Below the pieces are notes generated by a model, which was not told the origin of the DNA, searched no databases, and saw only the letters and a program-made list of their open reading frames with translations. A stretch of 64,000 nucleotides of DNA from Azolla caroliniana (taxonomy: Eukaryota; Plantae; Polypodiophyta). The position numbers and the translations under genes were made by a program. This document shows positions 11,856 to 24,769 of the stretch, one piece after another. Every line of letters begins with the position of its first letter. Within the stretch, counting starts at the first letter, position 1. The stretch covers positions 3,038,001 to 3,102,000 of the forward strand of contig JBHGNT010000008.1 in NCBI GenBank assembly GCA_043228905.1, given 5' to 3'.

Positions 11856-14014
11856 CCCCCCCCCCCCCCCTAATGTGATTGTCTCAAGCCAATCCAATCC
11901 AATTCAATCAGGTTTTGGCTTCTTGTATGTCATATGTGCACTCCCATGGATTCTCCACCCACAATTTACAAACACAGACACAACTGCTCATCTCGCAATC
12001 GCAAACTCCGTCTCGGTCACCTCTTAGATAGTTACGGTTCCGAAAATGTGCCCAATCCGAGTCCGCGAAATCCATGTCAATCTCACAAAACTTGGTCTAG
12101 ATTCGTCGAAGTTCATACATCGTGGTACCCATACGTAGTTTTTTAAGGATCGCTTGTACACCATCTCTTGTGGACATGATGGCTATGTTCTCCGCCTGAC
12201 TAGAAATCCATCCCAATGTAATGTAGCACACATCATTCTTGTCATGTGTACAACACACCTTCTAGTCTAATGTGTTTAGGGGTTGGTAAAAAATAACAAC
12301 CCCATGCTTATGTGACATAAACCATCAATTGGAAAGAATCTAGGGTGGACGCCTTCATATCCTTCTAGTTTAGGTTGCATAAACATTAGATCAGGTTGAT
12401 ATGTCACAAAACCAATGTATTCTCTATTGGTTGTAACCTAAAGTTTTTTCATGTCCAAGTATAGTTTAATTGATTCACAATTGAAGTTGCACAAACACTC
12501 TTCCATCATGATGTCGAAGAAACTTTAAAGCATTTCCATGTTGGGGATTTGTGTCCTAGTTGCCACATCCACATCATTTGACTACTTTTCCCTTTGATGT
12601 TGTTGAGGATTGTACATGACATTATTCCTCAATAGTGATCTGTGAATAAGAATTTGAGTTCCCAATTATTTGCATCTTAGTTTGTTAAAGGCTAGGTCAC
12701 CATATTAGCCTCCATCTATATCGTAAGCTCCAAGAAAGACAAATGAGGATATGAAAGTTGAGGAAGGTAAATGTATGACTCTTCATACTAAAAAAGAAAT
12801 TGTCCAGGCCATGATTGCTGAAAAACATACTAATGGATTAATAATTATGATATGTCCACAATACTATGCATATAAAAAGAGATGTGGGATATCCCAAGCA
12901 CTAGATGTGGCATTGCACATGGAATGGCTAGACATGTACCATTTTTTCATAACATACAATTAAAGAGGAGTTACCAAAATAACAAAGTCATGTTTTGGTT
13001 GACAATGATAGGAGTATATCGACATTGTAATGTCACGCTATGTGTTGTTTGTATTATAATGAAATAAATAAACGTTTTATCTCTAATTGTCTCAAAGAAT
13101 ATAAAGGAGGTTGATGTGATTAGAAGTTGATAATGATAATGTAAAATCGTCTACTCATTGAACCAATGTTTTGTCGAGTATCTTGATAATGTTTTCCCAC
13201 ATGATTCACCATTGCCATTCTTCTCTAGCACAAGAAACATACATAATTGACATATTCCCAAGTGTGACCTGATGGGTAAGTCATCATATTAGCTCAAGGC
13301 TAGTAAAGCTCATGAAGTGGACGGTCAATTACTTCAGCGCTTCCAAAAACCTTCATCAAGACATCTTCTCATTGAGATTAATCCATCTTGCAAGTTAAAG
13401 TTGTTTTTATGCATACATGCATAGACTGTGTAGGGTTACACTTCATTACAATGAAGAACAAGTGTGTTATATTGACTAAAGTTAGAATAATATTTCACCT
13501 AGATCAACTTAATGTCCAAGCATCATCAAGTGCAGATTTTTCAAAGGATGCTGCCAAGACAACTTTTTGAATCGATATTGGGCATTGTGACTTTTTTGTT
13601 ATGCCATTTGAGCCCAGCATGTGTCAAGTACATCATGGAAATTTTGATTCCCACGAATAATAATTGTTGTTCATAGCAATGTAAATTCTCAGTTACATTG
13701 ATACAAAGAATGGTTACTTCCTATTCTTTACCTAGAACGTAATAATAACCATATATCCACTTGTTTCCTATTTTTAACCATGTACACAATTTTGATATTT
13801 AAAGTTAACATGAAAGTCTCAATCTTTGAGTCTTGATTTCAAATTGATCTTCAATACAAAACGCACTAATTAGATTATTTGATTTCTCATAGTTTCCAAT
13901 CTTCATCTCTATCTGTGATTCCAAAGGCAAGTTTGACAATGGTGAAACAATCAGAATATACGTAAAAACATACAATGTGTCACATACGCATTTTTACTCC
14001 GTTATATAGGACAC

Positions 14015-14275
14015 ATTCATCCTTATTCTCATTGAGATCCTTGTGTTATAAATTCTAGTCATTCCAAGTAATCATGCTACATTATGTTTTGATGGTGTCG
14101 TTGGTGACTTTCTGGTTCATGACATGAATAGCAAATTTCAGCAAATTGCAAATGCACTTTTACTCCTTTATATAGTACATGTTCATCCTTGTTCTCATTA
14201 GACGGCATTGTGGTATAAATTCAAGTCATTCCAAGTAATCATGCTATATTACGTTATGATGGTGACTTTCTGGTC
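14015..14275. repeat. Diverged direct duplication (~165-bp period) downstream of the PPR gene
   Basis: TTCATCCTT.TTCTCATT...TATAAATTC.AGTCATTCCAAGTAATCATGCTA...GGTGACTTTCTGGT twice. Confidence 0.75.
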
Positions 14276-14436
14276 CGTCAAATTAATTGCAGTCTCTCCA
14301 TTGGATGGTTATGTGGCCGTCCACAAAACTAATGAGTCTATCTTTGGCCTTATCGACTCCTCAAGGTTAACCATACGCCAATAACAGTATGCAAGTTATC
14401 GATTCAATAACCCAACATTGCTCAATACCTTTATTT

Positions 14437-16485
14437 TTAATACTTGCTTTTTATACTCTCAAAAAGCTCAATTTTATTAGCTTCCTCTTGCATAGCAACA
14501 TCGGCATACATATTAGACAAGCAAACATAAGATGAAATGTCCTCTTCGTCTAGTTCTATCACATGTCCAAAAACTTCTCTGCCAAGCTCTACATCAGACA
14601 CCCTCCAACAAGCCGCAAGCAACATATGCCACATAGCAATATCCGGATGAAGTGGCATGTTCTCAACTATATCTATTGCAATATATATGTATCCTGCCCG
14701 AGCAAAGAGATCAGCTATGCAAGCATAATGATCGATAGTAATGTCAAGATTGTAATAATTTCCTAGCATTTCAAAGTATATTAGTCCATCATGCAATAAA
14801 CCATCGTGATTGCATACATTGAGAAGGCTTAGCAATGTTATGGCACATGGTTTCATATATTCACAGATTAGTTTACTGAAAATATAGAAAACGCTTTTGC
14901 TTTCTCCAACATTTCCATAGCCTATGAGAAGTGCATTCCACAACATTATGTCTCGAACTCGAAGATTATCAAACACATTTTGTGCTTCTACAAGCAAGCC
15001 ACATTTAGCATACATGGAAACCAAACTATTGCCTATCACAGCCTCGCTTTCCAACCCTTTCTTTATTACGTCAGCATGTATTTTTGAACCTGTGAATGTG
15101 GATCCCATGTTTCCACAAGCTTTCAAGGTGCAAATGAGAGACACAACATTAGACAAGATGCCATCCTCTTTTGTCTTCTCAAAACAATACAATGCACCTT
15201 CGCTCTCGCCAAGTTTGTTAAAACCAGAGATTAGCAACGTCGATGAAACCACATCTTGTGATGGAAGCTTATCAAAAACTTCTTGTGCTTCTGGAAGAGA
15301 GCCACACTTTATATACATATCAACCAACGTACTGCCAATCAAAGGATCTCTATCAAACCCTTTTTTGACAATTTTGACATGAATTTCTTGGCCTTTGTTT
15401 TGTCCTTTGCTAGTGCTACCAATAATACCACAAGCTTTCAAGCTGCAAAGATATGTAACATCATTTGCAGAGATGCCATTCTCTTGCATCTGTTCCAGTA
15501 CTTCAAGAGCTTCCTCACCATGATCATTTTCAGTGTATCCCATAATCAATACATTCCAAACCACAATATCATGAACCAACACTGAACCAAACAGATTTTG
15601 GGCTTCTAAAAGCAAGCCACATTTAGCATACATATCAATTAAAGTGCTTCTAATAAAAACATCACTTTCCAAACCTCTTCCAATTATCTGTATATGTATT
15701 TGCTGCCCACTTAATAACCATTTTGCACTGCCACATACTTTGAGAATGGAGACTAATGTAATTGTATTTGGAGAAATCCCCTCATCTTGCATCTGAAACA
15801 AACATCTAAATGCTTCTTCACAAAATCCTTGTTCTGCATAACCACCAACTAATGCATTCCATACAGCTACATCACGCTTCTGAACCTTATCAAAAACTTT
15901 ACGTGCAGTCACCAGTGCCCCGAATTTTACATACATATCAACCAACATGCTTCCCAAGAAGAAATTATTTTCAAGCAAACCTTTTCTGATAATCTCACAA
16001 TGGACTTCTTCACCTTTTTCCATAGCACCCGAGTTACCACATAATTTCAAAATGCACACAAAGGTAAAAGAATCCGGCGCAATACCCTCTTGTTGCATTT
16101 TCTCAACACATTCAAAAGCTTTCTCACAGAGTCCATAACCCACATACCCTCCAATGAGAGTAGTCCATATCACCACATCCCGAAATGGGAGATGGTCAAA
16201 GACCTCTTGTGCCTTTACAAGAAAACCACATTTAGCATACATATCAACCAAGATGCTACCAAGGAAAATGTCTCCTTCCAACAAATCAAATCTCGATATT
16301 TCCACATGTATGCAGACGCCTTCATGAATATCTTTATGAAGAGAGCATTCCCTAAGCAAGGCCATGAAGGAATGCCGGTTTGGAAGATGTCGGGAAGCAT
16401 TCTGAAACGGTGTAGGACAAGAGTGAGGCTTGCTACACCTGACATGGTTCAAATGCGTAGCTCGGACCATCATTGACTGGCTCAC
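14437..16485 (-). CDS. PLS-class pentatricopeptide repeat protein with E-type C-terminus, no DYW (probable organellar RNA-editing specificity factor)
   Basis: Intronless 682 aa; repeated LVDMYAKCG...A..VFD....RDVV.W..LI.GY triplets; end HYACIADLFARAG...WHMLLAAC...YVCLSNMYA; transit-peptide-like N-terminus. Confidence 0.95.
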   Translation of the reverse strand: MSQSMMVRATHLNHVRCSKPHSCPTPFQNASRHLPNRHSFMALLRECSLHKDIHEGVCIHVEISRFDLLEGDIFLGSILVDMYAKCGFLVKAQEVFDHLPFRDVVIWTTLIGGYVGYGLCEKAFECVEKMQQEGIAPDSFTFVCILKLCGNSGAMEKGEEVHCEIIRKGLLENNFFLGSMLVDMYVKFGALVTARKVFDKVQKRDVAVWNALVGGYAEQGFCEEAFRCLFQMQDEGISPNTITLVSILKVCGSAKWLLSGQQIHIQIIGRGLESDVFIRSTLIDMYAKCGLLLEAQNLFGSVLVHDIVVWNVLIMGYTENDHGEEALEVLEQMQENGISANDVTYLCSLKACGIIGSTSKGQNKGQEIHVKIVKKGFDRDPLIGSTLVDMYIKCGSLPEAQEVFDKLPSQDVVSSTLLISGFNKLGESEGALYCFEKTKEDGILSNVVSLICTLKACGNMGSTFTGSKIHADVIKKGLESEAVIGNSLVSMYAKCGLLVEAQNVFDNLRVRDIMLWNALLIGYGNVGESKSVFYIFSKLICEYMKPCAITLLSLLNVCNHDGLLHDGLIYFEMLGNYYNLDITIDHYACIADLFARAGYIYIAIDIVENMPLHPDIAMWHMLLAACWRVSDVELGREVFGHVIELDEEDISSYVCLSNMYADVAMQEEANKIELFESIKSKY

Positions 16486-17504
16486 AAAAAACCTTTATGG
16501 CATCATAAAACATGTTTCCAAGCACCAAGACAATATTATATTGGGTATCCATGCAGCAATGTTCAGAACAAAACCAAAGTTTTGCAGAAATTGCACTTGC
16601 ATTATCCAACGAAATTACATTTAAATTTTGGAAGTTATGGTGCCAATAACTTTAAGCCAAGGAGATCGATGAAAAAAATAAAACAGAGTTTTTCTTATTT
16701 TGAATTTATATACAGAAATAAAAAATCACTTTTAAATCTTGAAATTAAAGTTGAAAATGCCGCTACATTATGAGATGTGCTAGAAGAAAAAAACTGAGTT
16801 CCAGGTTACTTGCACTTGCATTATTCAAAAACCCCATAACTGTTGAAACTTCCAAGGGGCAGATGTACACCTTTACATAATGAGATGTTTCAGAATAAAA
16901 TCCGTCAATTCTTGAGATACATGACGGTTCGGTACACTAGAAAAATATAATATATATACATAATATGCATATATATGTCAAATATTCGACTTTTCTGATC
17001 CTTCCAAAACATGCTTTTAAGGCAAAATAACACATATTTTCAAGCACTAAGATAATGCTATATGGTCCATATCCATGCTACCCTTGAGACGCACACTATT
17101 GCCCCCACGTATGCATACACACACACACAATTCCTGTTTACAAGAAGACTAGAATTCCTCTTCTGAACACTTCCATGTCTAGCATTTTAACACTATAAAT
17201 CCACAAATCTCTTGTTACCGGCTGTTGGGTCATTTTTTTTCTGTTCATTGCTGCAGTACAGTCCATCGAGCCTCCATCAAATCTTATGGTTTACCGTTTT
17301 CCCTAAGGATCTGCTCTGTTTAGGGAGTACTAAGATTTTGCCATACTATAGAAAGCAGGATGAAAGTATGAGAATTTTACAAATTTAGGCCTCCACTGAA
17401 ATTATTTCATGAAGAAAACAAAAGCCAAAATACTTTTTAAAATAAATAAATAGAAATAGAAATAGAAATAAAAGAGTGGGATTTTCCATTACCATGGGGA
17501 ATTA

Positions 17505-17919
17505 TCCTTATTTCAGCAGATGCCCCTATCATTCTCCCTGATGCCCTCGCACAACCCCGTCTTGACCAACTCTCTGCTCAACTAGTCTGGTCTTTGTCCT
17601 TGTTTTGGATCCCAGACAACGATAAGATTTAGCGCCCATCCAAGGCCTCCCGAACATTGGATTGGCATACACATGTTTAGGATCTGTCTGACCGTATGTG
17701 AGCATTTGTTCTTGATATGCATGCTGGAAAGATCCAACACATGTGTGCCGATCCAATGTTTCAGAGGCCTTTGACGAGCGGGTGGGCGTCAAATCCTATC
17801 ATTGGCCAAGACCCAAAACGAGGACAAGAGAGAGGACGAGTCCACCATAATGCCAGTCAAGACAAGGTTGGGCGAGGGCATCAAGGAAAATGATAGGGGC
17901 CTCTGATGAAATAAAGATG
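17505..17919. mobile_element. ~415-bp foldback (MITE-like) element with long imperfect inverted repeats
   Basis: ATCCTTATTTCAGCAGATGCCCCTATCATTCTCCCTGATGCCCTCGCACAACC is mirrored by GGTTGGGCGAGGGCATCAAGGAAAATGATAGGGGCCTCTGATGAAATAAAGAT; pairing continues inward (AACATTGGATTGGCATACACATGT / ACATGTGTGCCGATCCAATGTT). Confidence 0.8.
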
Positions 17920-19392
17920 CACATGTAGAGTATGATTCCTAAAACAAATGGACAGTTAGAAGAACTTCGTCATTGGAGACCAATTACTTTGTTGATTGTT
18001 ATTTATAAGATATTATCAAAAACGATAGCTAGAAGGTTACAACCTTATCTTCCGGAGCTAATTCATTATTCCCAAACCGGTTTTATGAAAGAACGAAGTA
18101 TTTTTGACAATATTATTCTTTTTTGGGAAATGGTGGCATTTGCTGAATTACATAAGCAAGATCTAGCAGTGTTATTTCTTGATTTTGAAAAAGCTTATTA
18201 TAGAGTGGACTAGGATTTTATGGAGGGAACATTGCTAAGGATGGGTTTTCCCAACACATGGATACGAGGAGTGTCAACATTATATCGTCATGCACATAGT
18301 TCTCTTTTATTTGCAGGGGATATTGGTAGGCGGTTTTCTATTTGAAGATCCGTGCGACAGGGATGTCCACTTGCTCCCTTTTTGTTTTTATTAGTATCTG
18401 AAGCATTTTCAATACATCTAAATTCTCAAGATGTAAATATTAAAGGTTTAGAACTATCTATGGAAAACGCTAGCGTGGATAGTGAGTTTGTTGATGATAA
18501 ACTCTATATGTTGCAGCCTCACAAGTTAATTTGTTACAGGTACAAAAAGTTGTGGATGATTTCTCACATGCATCCGGAGCATTGATAAATTGGGATAAAT
18601 CATCAAGTTTTTTGATCGCTTCGGGAGATCCTCTAGTTAATATACCTACCTCAGGTTTTACATGATACCTCATGGTCAATCCATTTGATATTTAGGTTGT
18701 AGAGTGGGTTTGGGTTTAAATGCAGAGGATATGATTGCACCCTTATTGTTAACATTAAGGAACAAGTTAATATATTGGAACAAGGAGAAATTATCCTTAG
18801 CAGGACGTGTAGTTGTAGCTAACTCAGTGCTCTTGTCTTCGATTTGGTATATAGCATCTACCTGGTTGTTTTCTAGGTCAATAATGCTTAAAGTTCAACG
18901 CCTAGTACGTAATTTCATTTGGGGGAACACTATTGCAAACAATTATGTAGCAAAGGTAGCTTGGTCGGTTCTTATACAATCTAAACAGAAAGGAGGTCTA
19001 GGTTTGATTGATCCTTTTATGCAAAGTAAAGCCTTAATTGCTAAACATGTTGTTAGGAGTTTATTGCCAGGAGATGAGTTATGGAAAAAGTGATGGATTT
19101 AGCACTTACATAAGGTCAAGCCCTCAGTAGGAGGCCAATGGCATGATAGTCTTAGGTGGTTTTTTAATTCAGATTTTCCATTACCTAAGTCTAATGTTGG
19201 ATCATTACGAACACCGGGTCATTTGAAACAGGTAATATGTCGCATTCTCTTTTTCATATCTTAGTGAGATGTTAAAAAATGCCTTATTTAAGCAGAATTT
19301 CAACAAGGCACGACGCATGTGTATGTGGTTTATGAAAACATAGCGAAAAAAAGAACTAACTAATATCACGTCAACAAAATCATCCGACGTAT

Positions 19393-19651
19393 TGTGGTGG
19401 TCACATGGACCACACCTAGATTAGGCCCCTACCAAGCCCCATGCACCACACATAGACCACACTCAAATTAGGCCCCTACCAAGCCTCATGCACCACACCC
19501 AAACTAGGCCCCCACCAAGCCCCATAATTAGTAGAGCTAATTGGAGCGGGAGAACACCCTCCACGCTAAGAGAGAGTCTATAAAATGTAACTTGAGACAT
19601 AATGAAAGGAAGGCTATTCTTGAGAGCATTTCACATCTTGAGCATTTCACA
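19393..19651 (+). repeat. Gypsy 5' LTR
   Basis: TGTGGTGGTCACATGG...GAGCATTTCACA; I see one substitution relative to the 3' LTR. Confidence 0.95.
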
Positions 19652-19711
19652 TCTTAGTGGAGAAGACGGGCCAAGCCACCCCAACTCACGACCCCAACAA
19701 CGCCCGCCACA

Positions 19712-20662
19712 ATGCAACACGACAACAACGACGGCAACGCAAACTCGATGAATCCGGAATTCCTACAACACAATCAAGGACACCAGCCCACATCGCCAAT
19801 CGACCAACTGGTTCAAGCTCTGTCCAACATCATTTTACAAGTTAACCATACTAACCAAGCCATGTTGTCCTTTCTTTCAGCACGATCTGAGCCACAACAA
19901 AATCTCCCGAACTCTCGAGTTCGCCCAAAACCGTTCTCCGGCCTACCATCGGAAGACGTCCTCTCTTGGCTGGATCATTTCGAAATGGTGGCCAGTTACC
20001 ATCAGTGGCCACACCCTCGAAAGGCAATGGAGATGAAGACACTCCTCGAGAATATCGCGGCAACATGGCTTGTACAACAACCCGAAGAGACACGCAACGA
20101 CTGGGATCTGTTACGGGCAGCCATGATTCGGAATTTTGCTCATCAAGACTCCCGCCAGACGGCCCTACAACAACTTGAGTCAATTACCCAACAACCACGC
20201 GAACCCATCACCCAGTTCGCGGTTCGTTTTGTGCAAATCCTACGCCGGGCTGACGCCAACATGTCGGAGGACATGAAGTTGTTTTTTTTCTGTCCGCGTA
20301 TACGACATGACCTCCGCCGCCGTGTACGCGATCAAGGCCCGACGACACTACACGAAGCCATCCTCACTGCCCAACGCATCGAAGCTGCAGACGCGCACGA
20401 CATGCACACACCAGGTAATCTCAGTCATGATCATACAAACACTATACCAGCCGTCACTCCCATGGACATCGACATCCAGAACGCGCAATTACGTGCCAAG
20501 CGTGCATTGCCCGAACGAGACAGCCAGGGACGCCCCAAATGTTTCTACTGCAACAACTATGGCCACATTCGGCGTCACTGCCGAAAGTGGCAGAATCACC
20601 AACAGAAACAGAACGTCCAATTAGCTGACGTTGCCTCCCTCTCTGAGCTCCCGGAAAACTAA
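19712..20662 (+). CDS. Gypsy Gag, 316 aa
   Basis: PKPFSG..EDV.SWL.HFE, Q-P.E.I.QF, PMDID, zinc knuckle CFYCNNYGHIRRHC. Confidence 0.92.
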   Translation: MQHDNNDGNANSMNPEFLQHNQGHQPTSPIDQLVQALSNIILQVNHTNQAMLSFLSARSEPQQNLPNSRVRPKPFSGLPSEDVLSWLDHFEMVASYHQWPHPRKAMEMKTLLENIAATWLVQQPEETRNDWDLLRAAMIRNFAHQDSRQTALQQLESITQQPREPITQFAVRFVQILRRADANMSEDMKLFFFCPRIRHDLRRRVRDQGPTTLHEAILTAQRIEAADAHDMHTPGNLSHDHTNTIPAVTPMDIDIQNAQLRAKRALPERDSQGRPKCFYCNNYGHIRRHCRKWQNHQQKQNVQLADVASLSELPEN

Positions 20663-23600
20663 TGCGCGGGGTGCCGCAGGGAGAGCCGCCCCCGCACGTC
20701 CACGTCTCCACGTCCTCAACTTCTCCCGTTTCTCCCACGATCAAGCCGCCCCTGCACGTCCACGCCTCCACTTCATCAACTTCGCCCGTTTGTACCACAA
20801 TCGCCCGCCTCCAGCACACGACCCAAGAAGTTCTCCTCGACTCCGGCAGCAACATCTCTTCCATCAGCGCAGATTTAGTCACCCAATTACAACTTCCCAC
20901 GAGCCACGCACCGCCCATTAAAATCCTCTTCGGCGACCAACAACGGGTGTACCACTCACATACGCAAGTAAGGTGCATGCTCACCATTAGTTCCGCCCAG
21001 ATCCACCATCGTTTCTACGTCCTCCCGCGCCAGTTGTTCCCAATCACCTTGGGATGTGATTGGTTCCTCCATAGTCGAGCCTGTCTCAATTTCTCCGCAC
21101 AACAGCTCATCCTCCCAAATCACATTCCGATCGCGCTCTTCACTACTCCGCGGGATACCACCCACATCAGCAACACACAGTACCTGATATCACCGGCGGA
21201 GCGCATCAACGACATCAGACGGCTCCTCGCCACCTTTCCCTCGTTGTCTACACCACCTGTAAAACCTCCCTCGGTCCGTTTTCCAATTCACCACACGATT
21301 CCTACAGGCAACGCCCGCCCCATCAACGCAGCTCCCCGACGTCGCTCGCCTCTCAACCACGAGCGCATCGACAACGCCGTCAAAACTATGCTCCAACAAG
21401 GGATTATCACACCTTCCAAGAGCAAGTGGATCTCGGAGCCACACATGGTAAAGAAAGGGGATGGTTCTTACCGCTTTTGTGTCGACTTCCGACAACTGAA
21501 CCATGTCACCACCCATGACCGATACCCTCTCCCTCGTATCGATGACCTCCTCGACCAGCTTGGCAAATCAAAGTACTTCACCTCCCTCGATCTAGCCTCG
21601 GGATATTGGCAGATCCCGATGAATCCTCACGATGCCCACAAAACTGCATTCCGCACTAGGAAAGGCATTTTTCAGTTCACACGGATGCCCTTTGGCCTAT
21701 CTGATGCGGGGAGCACATTCCAGCGAATGGCTAATGCCATCTTCGATGATCTCATCACCCGCCGTGTCGTCATCGTCTATCTAGACGATATTCTAGTACA
21801 TACAAGCACTTGGGCAGAACACCTTCAAGTCCTTCGGGAGGTCCTAACTTGTGTTCAACGCTATCGATTGCAGCTGCAATGGATGAAGTGCCGATGGGGT
21901 AGTACGTGCCTCCGCTTCCTTGGGTACGTCATCTCCTCCGACGGAATACAAATGGACCCGGAGAAGACAGAAGCAGTCCAAAAATTCCCACGCCCCACCA
22001 CAGTCAAGCAGCTTCAACGCTTCCTCGGCCTCCTCACGTTCTCTCTTCGTTTCATCCCACGGCTAGCCGACCTGTCAGCCCCACTACGCGCGCTCCTACA
22101 AAAAGACGCACCCTTCCTGTGGACCGAAGCCTGCGAATCCAGCTTCCTGCAGCTCAAGAGAACAATCCAAGCCTCTGACCTCCTAGCCCACCCTGATTTC
22201 ACGAAGCCTTTCCATCTGCAGATGGATGCCTCCAATGTCGGCCTTGGTGCGGTCCTGCTCCAATCCGACGACAACGACCAACTCCGCCCGATTGCCTACA
22301 TCAGTCGGTCACTTACCAAAGCCGAACAAAATTACTCGACAACTGAAAAAGAGTTCCTCGCCATCGTCTGGGCATTCCATCGTTTCCACCCATACCTTCA
22401 CGGATCAAATACATCAGTCGAAACAGACCATTAGCCATTGCTCTCCCTCATAAAGAAGGCTCATCCACCCGGCCGCTTACTTCGTTGGGTTTTGGCGCTA
22501 CAGGATTACGCATTCACTCTGCGCTATCGCCATGGTCCACAAAACATCGTCGCCGATGGATTATCCCGCATATCCTTTCAGGCGAACCAGATCACCTCCA
22601 ACACAATCGATTTCCCCATATCCTCGTCCCAAATGGCCAACATGCAACAACACGACAAACAAATCCAAGATATCTGCCACCGCCTACGAGCTGAACCAAC
22701 ATCATCCCTCACCAAGCAATTCATGATCCAGGATAATGTCCTACTTTTTTGTCAAGTAGGCAAAGAACCCCGAGTCTACGTGCCTGAGCAACTACGCCAG
22801 TCTTACCTTCGTTTCTTCCACGATCACCCGTTGTCCGGCCACTTGGGTTTTCATAAGGTGCTCGACAAAATTCGTCGCAAATTCTATTGGCTTGGGCTAC
22901 GCCACGAGGTCGCCTCCTACATCAAAGCATGCAACTTATGTCAGGCCATCAAATCACCTCAAGTGGCTCAAGGCCTCTTACATCCGATACAAGTTCAAGC
23001 TCCATTTGAAATCGTCGGATGGGACATTATGGGCCCCTTTCCCGAGTCACAAGGAGGGAACAAATTCATCCTCATCATCACCGAGTACTTGACGCGTTGG
23101 GCTGAGACGGCCGCTATCCCAGATGCAAAGGCTATGACCATCGCCTCCAAACTATTGGAGAAAATCATCTTCCCCCACGGTTGCCCACTCCAAATCTTGT
23201 CCGATCGAGGACCCCAGTTCAACGGTGAGCTCCTACGCCTCGTTACAACACAACTAGGAATCCAACAGTTATTCACGTCACCCTACCATCCGCAAACGAA
23301 TGGGTTGACGGAGCGCCTCAATCGAACCTTAAAACAACAAATCTCAGCCTACATCGATCCGCTGCACTCAACCTGGGACCGAATCTTGCCCTTCGTTACG
23401 CATGCCTACAACACAACTGTGCAAGCCTCTACCCGCATTAGCCCATTTTGGGCCCTTTACGGAAGGGACCCGCGCTTACCCCCAGAAGTGGCAGTCCCGC
23501 AACCAACCACACGACTCCACGCTGACGCAGTGTCTTGGTGGTCCCACCTACAACAACTCCAGCCCCTCCTCCGCAAAGCCATCACGAGCAACCTGCACCA

Positions 23601-23922
23601 GGCACAACTACGCCAAAAACGACAACACGATATAGGCCGTGTCGACCATCAATACCACGTCGGTGACAAAGTCCTCGTCTACTTCCCCATCCGTTGTCGC
23701 GGTCTCAGCGAATCGCTCACGCACCGATGGATCGGTCCCTTCGAAGTTCAAAAGCAGATACGCGACACCACATACCTCCTCCGCCGCGCCTCCAACAACC
23801 GCTCTACCTTTGCTCACCAGTCTCGCATGAAGCCCTTCCATCAACTACCACCGCCCACGCCCATGTCATCCCCCCGTCTGGAACCGTCGTCCACGCCTCG
23901 TCGCGCTTCGATTGCACAGTAA
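20662..23922 (+). CDS. Gypsy Pol (protease, RT, RNase H, integrase), -1 frame relative to gag, with one in-frame TAG at 22432-22434
   Basis: LLDSGS protease; RFCVDFRQLN, YPLPRIDDL, LDLASGYWQ, MPFGL, YLDD; DAS..GLGAVL, NYSTTEKE; HHCC, SDRG, YHPQTNGLTER, GPF; no chromodomain. Confidence 0.93.
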
Positions 23923-23944
23923 CTTTTTTTTTACAAGGGGGAAT

Positions 23945-24203
23945 TGTGGTGGTCACATGGACCACACCTAGATTAGGCCCCTACCAAGCCCCATGCACCA
24001 CACATAGACCACACCCAAATTAGGCCCCTACCAAGCCTCATGCACCACACCCAAACTAGGCCCCCACCAAGCCCCATAATTAGTAGAGCTAATTGGAGCG
24101 GGAGAACACCCTCCACGCTAAGAGAGAGTCTATAAAATGTAACTTGAGACATAATGAAAGGAAGGCTATTCTTGAGAGCATTTCACATCTTGAGCATTTC
24201 ACA
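23945..24203 (+). repeat. Gypsy 3' LTR
   Basis: Copy of 19393-19651, preceded by the polypurine tract and followed by TSD GTAT. Confidence 0.95.
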
Positions 24204-24769
24204 GTATATTCTATCTACCATGTTTTTGTCCAAATCTTAGACAGGGGTGTATTTGTCAACATAAGTATAATAGTAACACGGGTCCTTGTGCATATTCTAA
24301 AAAGCATGCCCCATTGAATAAGTGACTTCTTCTAATTATGTGTGTATATTTAAATATAATACATCTTAAAGCAAATTGTGAACCTTGCAATTAAGAGATA
24401 CTACTATGTCAAGAGAAAATTTCCATTGACACGTGATACATGACACTGTCAATGTATAAATAAACTAGGCTACAATAACATTCCAATCATACGAGTAAAT
24501 GATAGAGTATAAACTTATCTCTGATATACCCCAAATGATAAAGGAGAGTTTAGATAACATGTACACATACAAGTATACTTAATTTCTAAGTTCAATGATT
24601 GTTACACGAAAATTATAAGTAAGCTCAACTTATATATTACGTCAAAATTTAACAATTCATATTGTTCAAAATTTACAATAAGCCATAACCATTCAATCGA
24701 ATAATAAGTCTGGTAAAGCCGTCTACTCAGGATTAGCTCTTTCATCAGGATTGTCCTCATTGGCTTCGT

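Larger units (their letters stand above)
19393..24203 (+). mobile_element. Complete young Ty3/gypsy LTR retrotransposon, 4.8 kb
   Basis: 259-bp LTRs TG...CA; 4-bp TSD GTAT; PBS-like TAGTGGAGAAGACGGGC; PPT ACAAGGGGGAAT; gag-PR-RT-RH-IN order. Confidence 0.96.

Noticed and set aside
12450-13300. Possible pogo/DDE_1 transposase remnant on the minus strand (STKHWFNE-like text)
   Set aside because: Too degraded to support without a profile search
22432-22434. Programmed stop-codon readthrough in gypsy pol
   Set aside because: The TAG falls in the conserved RNase H TDHxPL motif; a CAG>TAG mutation is the simpler explanation
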